DNA of 63,878 bases, the filler included, from Octopus bimaculoides (lineage: Eukaryota): assembly GCF_001194135.2 (NCBI RefSeq). It is 10 parts of 9 records of this genome, joined end to end, with 100 filler letters (N's around TTAATTAATTAA, not from the genome) between each part and the next. Parts side by side here need not be neighbours in the genome. Positions count along the whole stretch, not along the records: positions 39,444 to 49,058 come from NC_068990.1; positions 49,159 to 52,391 come from NC_068998.1; 8 more parts are not named here. One strand, written 5' to 3'. The position numbers and the translations under genes were made by a program. Below are positions 39,444 to 51,000 of the stretch, one piece after another (positions within the stretch are counted from its first letter, which is position 1; every line of letters begins with the position of its first letter). The notes beneath the pieces are model-generated. The model made no database searches and was not told the DNA's origin. It saw only the letters and a program-made list of their open reading frames with translations.

Positions 39444-39541
39444 CCGCGCCCACCACCACCGCGTCCACTGCCACCGCGCTCACCGCCACCGTGCCCACCG
39501 CCACTGCGCCAACCACCACCGCGCCCACCGCCACCGCGCCC
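39444..39541. repeat. GC-rich 15-bp minisatellite (CCGCGCCCACCGCCA)n, at least 6.5 units
   Basis: Units ccgcgcccaccacca / ccgcgtccactgcca / ccgcgctcaccgcca / ccgtgcccaccgcca / ctgcgccaaccacca / ccgcgcccaccgcca. The left end is in a gap. Confidence 0.92.
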
Positions 39542-40199
39542 TTAGGCACCAGCTCCCACCTGGAACGTCACAACGTCCACTTTGAGAAACTTTGAGCGGT
39601 AGCGCCCACTTTGAGAACCTATCGACTAAACCCTTCATGACGGTGCCCCAGCATGGCCGCAATCCAATAACTAAAACAAATAAAAGAGAGCAGAAGATAT
39701 TTATTTCATTTGAAAAAACATTCCTTGCTTTTCATCTCCATCAAGGGTTCAGAACTTGCGCGGCCTGCAAACCTCCGAGCGTCCGCAAAGATAATACCGA
39801 GGATCCATGAACCAAGATGAAGATTCCAAGCCGCAGCAGAGTTAAATGTGTAATCACTCGCGAAAAGGCTGATCTTTACGTCTTATCGTATTTCGGCGTT
39901 ATCAGTCGTCTCTTAATCCGCATGAATAGTCTAATCTTTTTAGATGCTTTTTAAGAACTCGGATCTACAGTTACAACTGTGTTTGCCGTTGAACCTGAAA
40001 TTCGGAAAGTAGTATCAACAGAATAGCTTCAACTATCTCGTTAAATAAGTGTTTATGCTTTAATGCCGCTATTTATTTATTCACATATCATGTTACAATA
40101 CATATCTTTCAATTGAGAGATGAAGTTGAGCAAACAAATTTGTTGTTGGTTCCTAAAACTGGCCTGTTGAACAGACAAAGCTAATGCACTTTATCCTTT

Positions 40200-40420
40200 A
40201 GCTTTTAGCTTTTACTTGTTTCAATCACTGGACTGCAGCCATGCTGGGGCACCCCCTTGATGGGTTTTTAAATGAAGAAATCGACCCCAGTACGTGTTTT
40301 TTTGAAGTCTAGTACTTACTCGATCAGTCCCCTCTTGCCGAACTTCTAATTTACAGGGACGTAAAACAAACTAACATTAGTTGTCAAACAGTGGAGGTGG
40401 AATAGACTGGGACACAAAGA
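40200..40420 (-). mobile_element. SINE family A 3' half
   Basis: ttttacttgtttcaatcactggactgcagccatgctggggcacc...aagtctagtacttactcgatc..ttgccgaac..gttgtcaaacagtgg is the reverse complement of the family A tail. Confidence 0.8.
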
Positions 40421-41098
40421 CATCTCCGCATACACAGATATAACCCCGAGCGATGCTATTAGGAGGCGGCACTTTTGGGCTTGGTGGGTCCGAATGGAGA
40501 GCGAGGCAAACTGAAGGGCTGCGGAACACTGAAAGCGAGATACGTATTTGGCGACTAATTGCTGTGTCTAAGGAGAGTCATTATGCCAATATTAACACCC
40601 TGGTTCAATTCCACTCCATTATTAGTCACTTGGTTAAATATCCAACTAACTAATCGGTTGTTTGTTTAACCAATTGACTAATAATAAATTGAACCAGTGC
40701 GTGTGTTAGTAATATTGGTATAACGACTCTCCCTAGACACAACAAAATTTGTTTCAACACACGAATTCACATAAAGAATCTTGCAAACCAAATACAAAAC
40801 GAAGTAGAATTATTGTTATTGCGTTGATATTTGACTGGAAATTAGTGAGTTTTAATCTTGAATAACTGTACTCTTCCAGATTAAGATCGCTAATAATTAA
40901 GATTAAGTTCGTTAATAACTCTCAAAACTCCAAATTATTTTAGGTGTTTATTGTCCCCTAGGATTGTTATACAAACCCCCAGGCTTCAATATTGATCACT
41001 TTGCCGATCCCTATGCTAAAACGCAAAATGCTCTACGTGGTCGTCCGAGCGACCAAATATCCTTCAAAGTAAACTTTACTAGGAAATTCTTTGGGGCA

Positions 41099-41399
41099 TT
41101 CCTTCGGAGATGATATAACCGAACTGAAACTATTTGTTCGGCATTTTCCGTAAAAAAATTTATTGCTTTAATTTTTTTCTCTCAGCTGAATCGCTTACGC
41201 GTGTGCCTTTTTTTTTTGTGTATGTATATATGTATGTGTTTATTTATGTATGTAAGTATATGTATGTATGTGTTTATGTGCATGTATGTATATATATATT
41301 TGTGTATGTGTATGTATATTTGCTGAAAAAAAAAGAAGAAGTTTTTACGGAAATTGTCGAACACATACTTTCAGTTTGGTTATACTATCTCCGAAGGAA
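41099..41399. mobile_element. MITE-like element: ~57-bp inverted repeats around a TATG-type microsatellite
   Basis: ttccttcggagatgatataaccgaactgaaactatttgttcggcattttccgtaaaaa vs reverse complement of 41342-41399 (ttccttcggagatagtataaccaaactgaaagtatgtgttcgacaatttccgtaaaaa). Confidence 0.75.
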
Positions 41400-41471
41400 C
41401 GCCTTCTTTGGCAGATGTATGGAGCAGTGACGGAATGTATGCAAACTGAAGACCACACACATCTATATATA

Positions 41472-41705
41472 CAGAGTTGGCCAAAAGTCACCTGACAGTA
41501 AGTTAAGACCATTTCATTCCAAGATTTATTTCTGTTTTAACAACTGAATGAATTTAATAAAAGCTTCTAAATATGAAACATCATGAAAATTGTTCAAACT
41601 GAAGTCCTTCTTGAGCGACACATTTTTCTATTCGAGTCAATACAGAATTACAGATAGCATTTATGGAATTTTGATTTACTGTCGGGTGACTTTTGGCCAA
41701 CCTTA
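41472..41705. mobile_element. Tc1/mariner-type MITE with TA target duplication
   Basis: TA|CAGAGTTGGCCAAAAGTCACCTGACAGTAA ... TTACTGTCGGGTGACTTTTGGCCAACCTTA|TA. Confidence 0.9.
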
Positions 41706-41850
41706 TACAAACATATAATAAAATAAAATAAACCAATCTTTTCTGCTATAGGCACAAGGCTTGAAATTTGGGGCAGGGGACCAGTCGATTACATCGGCCC
41801 CAGTACTCAACTGGTACTTAATTTATCGACCCCGGGAGAAGCCCGTCGTA

Positions 41851-42235
41851 TATACGACGGGCTTCTTTCAGTTTCCGCCTACCAAATCCACTCACAAGGC
41901 TTTGGTCGGCTCGAGGCTATAGCAGAAGACACTTGTCCAAGGTGCCACGCAGCGGGAGTGAATCCCGAACCATGTGGTTGGTAAGAAAGCNNNNNNNNNN
42001 NNNNNNNNNNNNNNNNNNNNNNNNNNNNNNNNNNNNNNNNNNNNATATATATATATATATATATATATATACGACGGGCTTCTTTCAGTTTCCGCCTACC
42101 AAATCCACTCACAAGGCTTTGGTCGGCTCGAGGCTATAGCAGAAGACACTTGTCCAAGGTGCCACGCAGCGGGAGTGAATCCCGAACCATGTGGTTGGTA
42201 AGAAAGCTACTTACCACACAGCCATTCCTGTGCCT
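41851..42235 (-). mobile_element. SINE family A 5' half, present twice across a gap
   Basis: 41851-41990 and 42067-42206 are identical; the second continues to the SINE 5' end. Confidence 0.85.
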
Positions 42236-42744
42236 ATATTTTAAACAATTTTTAATGCAATTCCTAATAATATTTAATCATAGAAATACGATTTTATTTT
42301 ATATCCAACAAATGTCTATGGATTAACTAGGGAGTGAAATAAGAATCAAAAGGGTCCACTGGCTAAAAAGAAAGAAAAAAAAGGTTGAGAAACATTGGGC
42401 TAAACCCTTCATGGTCAATGTCCAACGGCTGAAAGAAAGAAAAGATTAGAAGATACAAATGACCATAACAACATACAGTAAACTCAATCGAAAACACAAC
42501 AAACCAATCACGCACAACATAAACATTCACCCTCCGCAACCCCGACCCACTTACAGAATAAACTAATCACGCTCGTAAAAAGCCGTAACTGATATACCCG
42601 ACCAAGGGTATCTGTTTGCAAACTAACCTGGGATATACATATCAGTGGGTTCCAGCTACGGGGTGTTAAATGATACTCAGTACATCTTTAAACAAACACC
42701 ACAGGGCAGTGAACCTCCCACCCCACTTCACCCTGATGGACTCA

Positions 42745-42786
<42 letters not shown>

Positions 42787-43439
42787 NNNNNNNNNNNNNN
42801 NNNNNNNNNNNNNNNNNNNNNNNNNNNNNNNNNNNNNNNNNNNNNNNNNNNNNNNNNNNNNNNNNNNNNNNNNNNNNNNNNNNNNNTTAATATATTAATA
42901 TATGACTAATTACCAGATCTTATAATATCTATATATATATATATGTATGTATGTATCTTTAGTCAATGATATAGTATCAAGCATTGGCCTTAATCTGATG
43001 TCCTCAGTACTTTAGTCCCCTTCTTTAGACCATCACTGAAAATTCCTAATTCATTTCAGGCTTTGATTCAGATCAACCACGCAAGGATTTCTAACAAATT
43101 AATTCTTCAGTCCTTCATGCAAAAATGAAACGATTTCATTAAATTTCATGTCACACCAAATATCTTCATAGGTTTAAGAATCTACAAATGAAGTACCGTA
43201 TCCTTAGCTTATTTAAAACTCCATCCATGCCACACGTAAGTTCACCTTCCGAGAATTGCAGTCTTTCACCACTAACTTGTCTATAACGGATGATACTCTG
43301 TTATTGATTTGTTTTCTTCTTTACAACGTTTCTGTTCAAATGGACCTTCCTCCTCCTCCTCTTCTTCCTCCTCTTCCTCCTCCTCTTCCTCCTCCTCATT
43401 ATCACCATCACTATCATCATCGTTGTCGTCGTCGTTGCT

Positions 43440-43625
43440 CGGAGATCAGACTGTTTTTCTATGTCGAGCCAATACATCTTTACAGTGAGAGGTCACAGTT
43501 CCGGTACTACGGAGAGGTGATTAGAATGTCGCAGGAAAGAACCGTCGCAAGATGGATTCTTCAAGCCGAACCAACCGACAGGAGACATAAAGGTTGTCGA
43601 AGAACGAGATGATTGGATAATATTC
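43440..43625 (+). mobile_element. RTE-type LINE 3' coding relic
   Basis: RSQFRYYGEVIRMSQERTVARWILQAEPTDRRHKGCRRTR*LDNI resembles the LRWxGHVxRM...GxRxRGRPxxRWxD terminus. Confidence 0.6.
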
Positions 43626-44169
43626 CGCTAAGGTCGACTTTGCCTTTCATCCTTTCGGGGTCGATAAAATAAGTACCAGTTGGACACTGGAGCCGATGTA
43701 GCTCCTGCCTCGAAATGAAATCAATATATCGTCTGTTGGTTTGATCAGTCCCAAAGAACGGTGATATCTTTATTTGCTACTACTTTGGCGGGTTTATGTT
43801 CCTACCAATTCTTCTCATATGGAAATCTAAGCTGACGGCATATGATTCAGTACAAACATTGACCAACCCTACCATGGCGATTAGTATACGCAGTTGAGGT
43901 TAACATAGAGCAGCCAAAGATAAGGTGATTAATTGTTTCTCTTATTGCACCATCAAAGCTACAGGAACGATCAGCGTCATATTTGAGAACGTTGACTTGG
44001 TAATTTCTTGTGAGAAGGCAATGACCCTAAGCTGCTATAATGAAACGCTGTTTCTGATTTAAGTCGAAATGCAGACAGCAACTGGTGGCTCATATTTGTC
44101 TCAACATCAGAATCGCTGGCTGGTCCTCGTTGGATATTTGCCATGAACTACGCAGCTCTCATACGTGTC

Positions 44170-44340
44170 ACAATTCCAGTTTCCTCCGACCACTCTGATA
44201 GCAGCAGTTTGGGCGTTGTGCTGATTGCACCAATTTACCGCCGCAACATTGTCACCTTTGTGTTCCACAATCTCTTAATCTTTATTGCTAAATCCTGATA
44301 GTTCTCGAATTTCTCAGTTTCTTTGAAATCCACTCTATCA
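44170..44340 (-). mobile_element. R4-like (RLE) retrotransposon C-terminal relic
   Basis: DRVDFKETEKFENYQDLAIKIKRLWNTKV...IGAISTTPK parallels KE.EKIEKYxxLK.EI.R.W....IPVVVGAL at 54470-54600. Confidence 0.65.
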
Positions 44341-45322
44341 TCACCACCACAACCACCACCGTCATTTTTTTGTTGCTTTTGTTTTTGTTGTCGCCGTCGT
44401 TGTTGCTTCGAATGAACAGATTTATGATGAAAGGTTGTAGTCGTGACGATTAAAGCTCTTTTTTTTTATTTTCTTAATTATTATTCTGGCTGTAATTAGC
44501 CTACGGTGAAGCTCCTGTAACTGATTATATCACCGTTATCATACCATCACAAGCATAGTTTTATCGATGGTACCATCACAGAGATAACATAAATAAGATT
44601 GAAGGAAATTAATCTAGAAAGAGAAAAAGAGAAGCGCAAAAGTCTTCTTTGGTGGGTAGATTAGGNNNNNNNNNNNNNNNNNNNNNNNNNNNNNNNNNNN
44701 NNNNNNNNNNNNNNNNNNNNNNNNNNNNNNNNNNNNNNNNNNNNNNNNNNNNNNNNNNNNNNNNNNNNNNNNNNNNNNNNNNNNNNNNNNNNNNNNNNNN
44801 NNNNNNNNNNNNNNNNNNNNNNNNNNNNNNNNNNNNNNNNNNNNNNNNNNNNNNNNNNNNNNNNNNNNNNNNNNNNNNNNNNNNNNNNNNNNNNNNNNNN
44901 NNNNNNNNNNNNNNNNNNNNNNNNNNNNNNNNNNNNNNNNNNNNNNNNNNNNNNNNNNNNNACCACCACCACCACCACCACCACCACCAATACCATTAAT
45001 GACCCCTACAACTATTCGCCGCTACCACCCTATCGCTAAATGATGAGACGTGGTTGTGATATCGCGGTTATCCATTCCTTTATTTTTCCCATTTTCATTT
45101 CCATTTTTATTTTTCGTTTTTGTTGCTTTTGTTTTGCCTCGGTTTTATTTGATCTTATTTTTGTTTTATCTTCATCACGTAATACGTGTGTAATTTTCTC
45201 TGCCAGCCTATTTAACAACCATATCTTATAGCCTTGCTATTTCAGCTGTATCCATGATACCTAGTCCTATAATTTAGTATTGTATATAGCCTTTGTCTTA
45301 CTGTTACTTTGCCTGTTATAGT

Positions 45323-45505
45323 TTATTACCTCCGCCATAGCGAAGGCAGATGTATTGTTTCAGCCATGTTTGTTTGTATGTTTGTGTGTCTGTGGACAAG
45401 ATATCTCAAGAACCGCTGGATGGATTCGGATGAAACTTTCAGAGAAGTTTGGCCTCGTGACTGGCACGGACTGATTAGATTTTGGGATCGATCCGGATTA
45501 TTTTT
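45323..45505 (-). mobile_element. Helentron/DINE-like element end (partner of 26385)
   Basis: ttacctccgccatagcgaaggcagatgta...caagatatctcaagaaccgctggatggattcggatgaaactttcag. Confidence 0.65.
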
Positions 45506-45524
45506 CCGTTTTTTTTTTACTACT

Positions 45525-45970
45525 ACCAACCTACTGTGGCAAACGTGCGGCCAGAGTAAGGATTCGTAGAGTGCCCCCAGAAATTGACGAGGTGGCAGCC
45601 ATCCTCTATAATACAGAGGAGGACACCGAAATACTGAAAATTACAAGAACTACGGAGGTAAACTGTTGGGGATACGGCCTTGAGGTGTCGGTTCACATCA
45701 GTTCGCCAGACCTCTACAAAATTGTAGAGGAATTGGTGTTGCCGGACGAGATGAGTCTGAGAATAATTGTAGTGGGAGGAAAATCTCTCGTATGCTATTA
45801 ATGTGGAGTAAGGGGACACATGAAAGCTAAGTGTACTTAGAAACACGAAAAGGAGGAGATAGAGGAAGAACATCAAGAAGCAGAGGGTTCAATCGTAGAG
45901 GAGCAAAAAATGGAAGAATAGTATACAGTGGTGAAGAAGAAGAAAAGTAACACGGATTCACCACCGAAAG
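45525..45970 (+). mobile_element. LINE ORF1 relic with CCHC zinc knuckle
   Basis: PTYCGKRAARVRIRRVPPEIDEVAAILYNTEED...RIIVVGGKSLVCY*CGVRGHMKAKC (C-x2-C-x4-H-x4-C), followed by an acidic/basic tail. Confidence 0.75.
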
Positions 45971-46219
45971 TCCTAGGAAGAAAAGAAAGGGAAGTGGAGA
46001 GGAGACGCAGGGTGGAAGGTTTGTTTCTGTCCCCGTAGGTTAGCAGTTCGGCAAGAGATCACGATAAAGTTAGTAACAGCAGAATTGACTCGCTTTGTTC
46101 TGCTGAGCTTTTTCCAGGCAGAGCACCATGACTGAAATAAGTAAAAGAACAAAATACACCTGTGCATGCGTGTATGCCTGTATCTATGCATATGTCTCTG
46201 TGTGTGCGTGAGTGATTAT

Positions 46220-46259
<40 letters not shown>

Positions 46260-46587
46260 GTCACACAATCACTCACGGAAATGTATGAATGAACGATAAA
46301 GAGACTAACACCGTGTCTTATGCAGCGTACGTGCTGTCTAACGATTTCATGTTGCTAGGTGAATAAACCGACAAAATCTTCTTGCGGTTTCCAGGTGATA
46401 TCACATATATTTCAGTGAGTTGACCTTTAAGCAAATATGATTATATGACACATTAGTAGCGTAGTTCTTTGCTATTTATTTTACAAGAGATTAGTGTTGT
46501 TATAAATTAATAACTTGAAATACAATCTTTGTTGGGCTCAGTGTGAAGGCTGCTGGTCTTTTATTGTATGAAATTATAAACTGGGGT

Positions 46588-47177
<590 letters not shown>

Positions 47178-47312
47178 ATGCTTTCAGTACATTCAAGGTG
47201 TGGCACATGTAAACCGGCATTTAAGCGTATCTTGTATCATAAATATAAACTGACACCCAGCATACGTTCATATATGCATATATGCGTGTTTATACACACN
47301 NNNNNNNNNGTT

Positions 47313-47372
<60 letters not shown>

Positions 47373-48198
47373 ATACATATGTATAAGTACCTATATGTCT
47401 ACGTATGTACGTTTGTATGCGTGTATAGATATGTGCTAGCGTGTGTGTAATATATATATATATATTTGTTTTTCAAAATTTAAGAAAAACAACAAAATTT
47501 TACAAATACATAACTGTTGTGGCGGACGTCCCTTGGCGAGAAGTGGGCTGGTCCTCTACTAATTAATAGCGGGCTAACACAGTCAGTAGAGTCGGCCAGC
47601 GAGGGTACGTATGTCGGTTGGGCCAGTCTCGGAGAGACGACGAAATACGTCGTCATCATGGGACACAACAGTGGCGATGAGGATTCGGACAACGTCACCT
47701 ATGATACAACGAAAACAAACAGAAAATTCGTAGCTTATTCTTCATCAGTCAACCCCCAAAAGATCACTACAATTTCGCACGTTTAACGTTGACACCACGC
47801 TCTATTGATTGGAATTCTACCGTGTTTATGAAGACCGTGCTTCTGCGTTTCTATTTGAATAGCAATTTTAATCTCACAAGTAGTTTGTGTTCCTAATCTT
47901 CCGTCCGTCTTAGAAACAAAATTACGAGACTTTAATGTAGATACAAACAGAACCGCTTGACTCTTGGATAAGGGCCAACGGGCTTAACATACACAAAGGT
48001 GTGGTTTGGATTCTCATCGGTTTCTAATTTGTAGATATTAGATACACTTTTCAAGTTATCCTTCATATCTGCAATCTTGTGTCGTTTTAAGTTACATTCA
48101 TTTACACATATTGCTAAAATACGCACAAAAATATACTGTACATAATTTTTTAAAAATTGAATACGATGACTATAAACATTTTCTCTTGTTTAGTACTT

Positions 48199-48358
48199 AT
48201 AGGAGTGGCTGTGTGGTAAGTAGCTTGCTTACTAGCCACATGGTTCCGGGTTCAGTCCCACTGCGTGGCACCTTGGTCAAGTGTCTTCTACTATAGCCTC
48301 GGGCCGACCAAAGCCTTGTGAGTGAATTTGGTAGACGGAAACTGAAAGAAGCCTGTCG

Positions 48359-48395
<37 letters not shown>

Positions 48396-48615
48396 GTGTG
48401 TGTTTGTGTGTCTGTGTTTGTCCGCCCAACATCGCTTGACAACCGATGCTGGTGTGTTTACATCCCCGTAACTTAGCGGTTCGGCAAAAGAGACCGATAG
48501 AATAAGTACTAGGCTTACAAAGAATAAGTCCTGGGGTCGATTTGCTCGACTAAAGGTGGTGCTCCAGCATGGACACAGTCAAATGACTGAAACAAGTAAA
48601 AGAGTAAAAAAGAGT
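48199..48615 (+). mobile_element. SINE family A, best-preserved full-length copy
   Basis: A-box-like TGGCTGTGTGG and B-box-like GGGTTCAGTCCC, central (TA)(TG) microsatellite after GAAGCCTGTCG, and tail ...CCAGCATGG..CAGTCAAATGACTGAAACAAGTAAAAGAG. Other copies at 8490-8645, 8990-9265, 17000-17170, 31620-31800, 39600-39690, 56165-56500, 57660-57830 (-) and 62807-62935 (-). Confidence 0.9.
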
Positions 48616-49499
48616 ATGCACATAAACAGAGAAGGAGAGAGGGCAAGAACGAGAGGACTCTTAATATGAGGGATGCATTAAAATGTCTGATGTCAGAAAA
48701 GTCAGCGTCTAACCAGCGACGCAAAATAGGCGGCGCCAAAGCGGCTGTGCCAAATGTCTTATTCTCAGGTTCGAGGGAGATTTGGTTGCTTTTACTTAAC
48801 CTTTTTTTAATTTTTTTTTTTTAGAAATCATTGATGAGGGCTGGAAAATGACATATAGTTTGTGGATGCTCGTTTCTAGTTTCTGAATATATGGTGGACA
48901 TATATATACAGACAGCTTTTATCGAAAGCGCTCGCACACTCTACGGAAAAGACTTCTGCAAAAAAAAAAAGAAAAAGTTAGTAACATTCTGATAAACAAT
49001 TAAAAAAAAATACTCTTTGTACTTCAAAGGTGTATTAAACAACTTTGAGAAAGACTTTNNNNNNNNNNNNNNNNNNNNNNNNNNNNNNNNNNNNNNNNNN
49101 NNTTAATTAATTAANNNNNNNNNNNNNNNNNNNNNNNNNNNNNNNNNNNNNNNNNNNNTGTTTAGTTGAGGATCTCGTTACAGGCTTGCAATAAATCTTG
49201 ACTATTATCTGAATCATCTTGAAATCCCATTGCCTGCATCATTTGTTCAAGGCTATCGTTTATTGCGACTGTTTTATCCTACACCCTATGACGCTGTTTT
49301 TAATTTTAATTTTTATTTTTGTACATTTGGGCGTAGTTCTTTCCAAATCATAATGACACCTATATTTAACTTCTTCCCATGCATCTGTATTACTTTTTTT
49401 TTTTTATTACTTGCGTAATGTAATTTTCCAAGGATTTTTTTTTTTTTTTGATGAACTGGTGTTTATCATCAGTTTCTGTAATCAACTAACTTAAAATTT

Positions 49500-50230
49500 C
49501 TTCGAAGATAATAATATAGTTTGAAAATGGAAATAACTCCTTGATCTATAGTCTGTTGTAGTGAAGTTACGTTTAGTCGAATGAACAAGTATGCACGCGT
49601 TTGAAGTGAATCAAAATTTGAAGGATGTCTAGGAACGTTGTGTAAAAGCAGAAGTGCCTTGGACTTAAGATTATTCTTATCACAGCAATGTTTAAAGCAA
49701 GGCAGAAATATTCAAAGACCTATATAGCAAACAATCATGTGTAATCCATTTTTCTCATAAATGTCCAAATAACAGGTAGACTGGATTTGGAGATGTCTTT
49801 CATTGCACTCAAGTCTCCAATGAGATTTGCCCCTAGCAACAATGTAAGACTCATTTACTTGGCTTTATATTCTGATAACCAGTGTTCTTCCTTTGCGATT
49901 AAACTTTTAAAGGATAAAGATTTCCAAAATAGCCCAAATTTCTTCTACATTAAAAGCTACATTTCTTAAACATTTACCTCTTTCTTTACTACTCTATCAA
50001 TTCTAATCCATCCTAGTTATCCCCTACTATCCGAATTATATGGAAATTAGATAGGTTCTTGAAATTTTCGGACCAACCACGAGAAGCAAATATTCAAATG
50101 ACTTCCTCAGGTTCCTGTTTCAACTGATTGAATAGGGATATCAACAAGTGTGCATTTTGCATGAAGAGCCCATATAAGAGTTTCTCTCATGATATCTACC
50201 GCAGTGTAGTTTGTTCTAATGGAACATCCA
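49500..50230 (-). mobile_element. Tigger/pogo transposase relic
   Basis: Frameshifted translation gives ISLFNQLK..FASRGW (CENP-B HTH end), FNVEE/GLFWK, KEEHWLSEYKAK*MSLTLLLGANLIGD, LPVIW and FLPCFKHCCDKNNLKSKALLLLHNVPRHP, matching the pogo DDE order FNxDETGLFWK..RLTLLLGAN..GD..LLLLDNAPGHP. Confidence 0.8.
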
Positions 50231-50289
50231 TGTTTAAGTGGGGATAAATATTATCTCTCGATAGTAATACTACCTCTGTCGCTAATATA

Positions 50290-50501
50290 CAGGGTGTCCA
50301 CAAGGTCTGGGTACATGGAGTAGATAAAATCATAACATAAACAATTAAATATAAGAAATGATAATTTTTTAAAGTATATGTTAATCTCCATGTGGGTACA
50401 TGGAGTAAATAAAATCATAACATAAACAATCAAATATAAGAAATAATAATTTCTTAAAGTATGTGTTAATCCCCATATACCCAGATTTTGTGGACACCCT
50501 G
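50290..50501. mobile_element. Tc1/mariner-type MITE with TA TSD and internal 85-bp tandem duplication
   Basis: TA|CAGGGTGTCCACAAGGTCTGGGTACATGG ... CCATATACCCAGATTTTGTGGACACCCTG|TA; gggtacatggagta recurs at 50309 and 50394. Confidence 0.92.
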
Positions 50502-50682
50502 TATATAAATTTAACACCTTTTCTTGTGCAATGGTTTGGAAGAGTCGTGAGTGACACTATGACAGATCTTCCACCCAAACTCATAACATTTACCCTATAT
50601 TTTCCATGATTTTTCTGCATGTACATGTTAGTTTGGAAACGTTAGGTTCACCTGAATTTTGCTTTGTCAGGATTGATACACC

Positions 50683-51000
50683 GTGGCTTAGTGGTTAGGA
50701 TGTTCGGCTCATGATCGTGATGTCGTGAGTTCGATTCTCAGCGGCGCGTTGTATCCCTGAGCAAGATACTTTATTTATTTCACGTTGATCCAGTCCAGTC
50801 AGCTGGCAAAAGTGAGTGGTACCTATATTTCAAAGGGCCAGCTTTGTTACATTTCATTCTGTGTCACGCTGTATCTACCCGAGAACTACGTTAATGATAC
50901 ACGTATCTGTGGCGTGCTCAGCCACTTTAACGTTAATTTCACGAACAGGCTGTTCCGTTGATCAGATCAACTGGAACCCTCGTCGTCGCAACCGACAGAA
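50683..51000 (+). mobile_element. tRNA-derived SINE family D
   Basis: A box TGGCTTAGTGG, B box GAGTTCGATTCTC, and the conserved 3' domain shared with 61241 and 20630. Confidence 0.85.

Noticed and set aside
42067-42206. Exact 140-bp repeat of 41851-41990 as a recent duplication (similar case at 21430/21560)
   Set aside because: Identical sequence ending at a small gap is best explained as unmerged overlapping contig ends.
50683-50760. tRNA-like sequences with A and B boxes (also 61241 and 48199)
   Set aside because: They continue directly into multi-copy SINE bodies and lack a proper acceptor stem, so they are SINE heads rather than tRNA genes.
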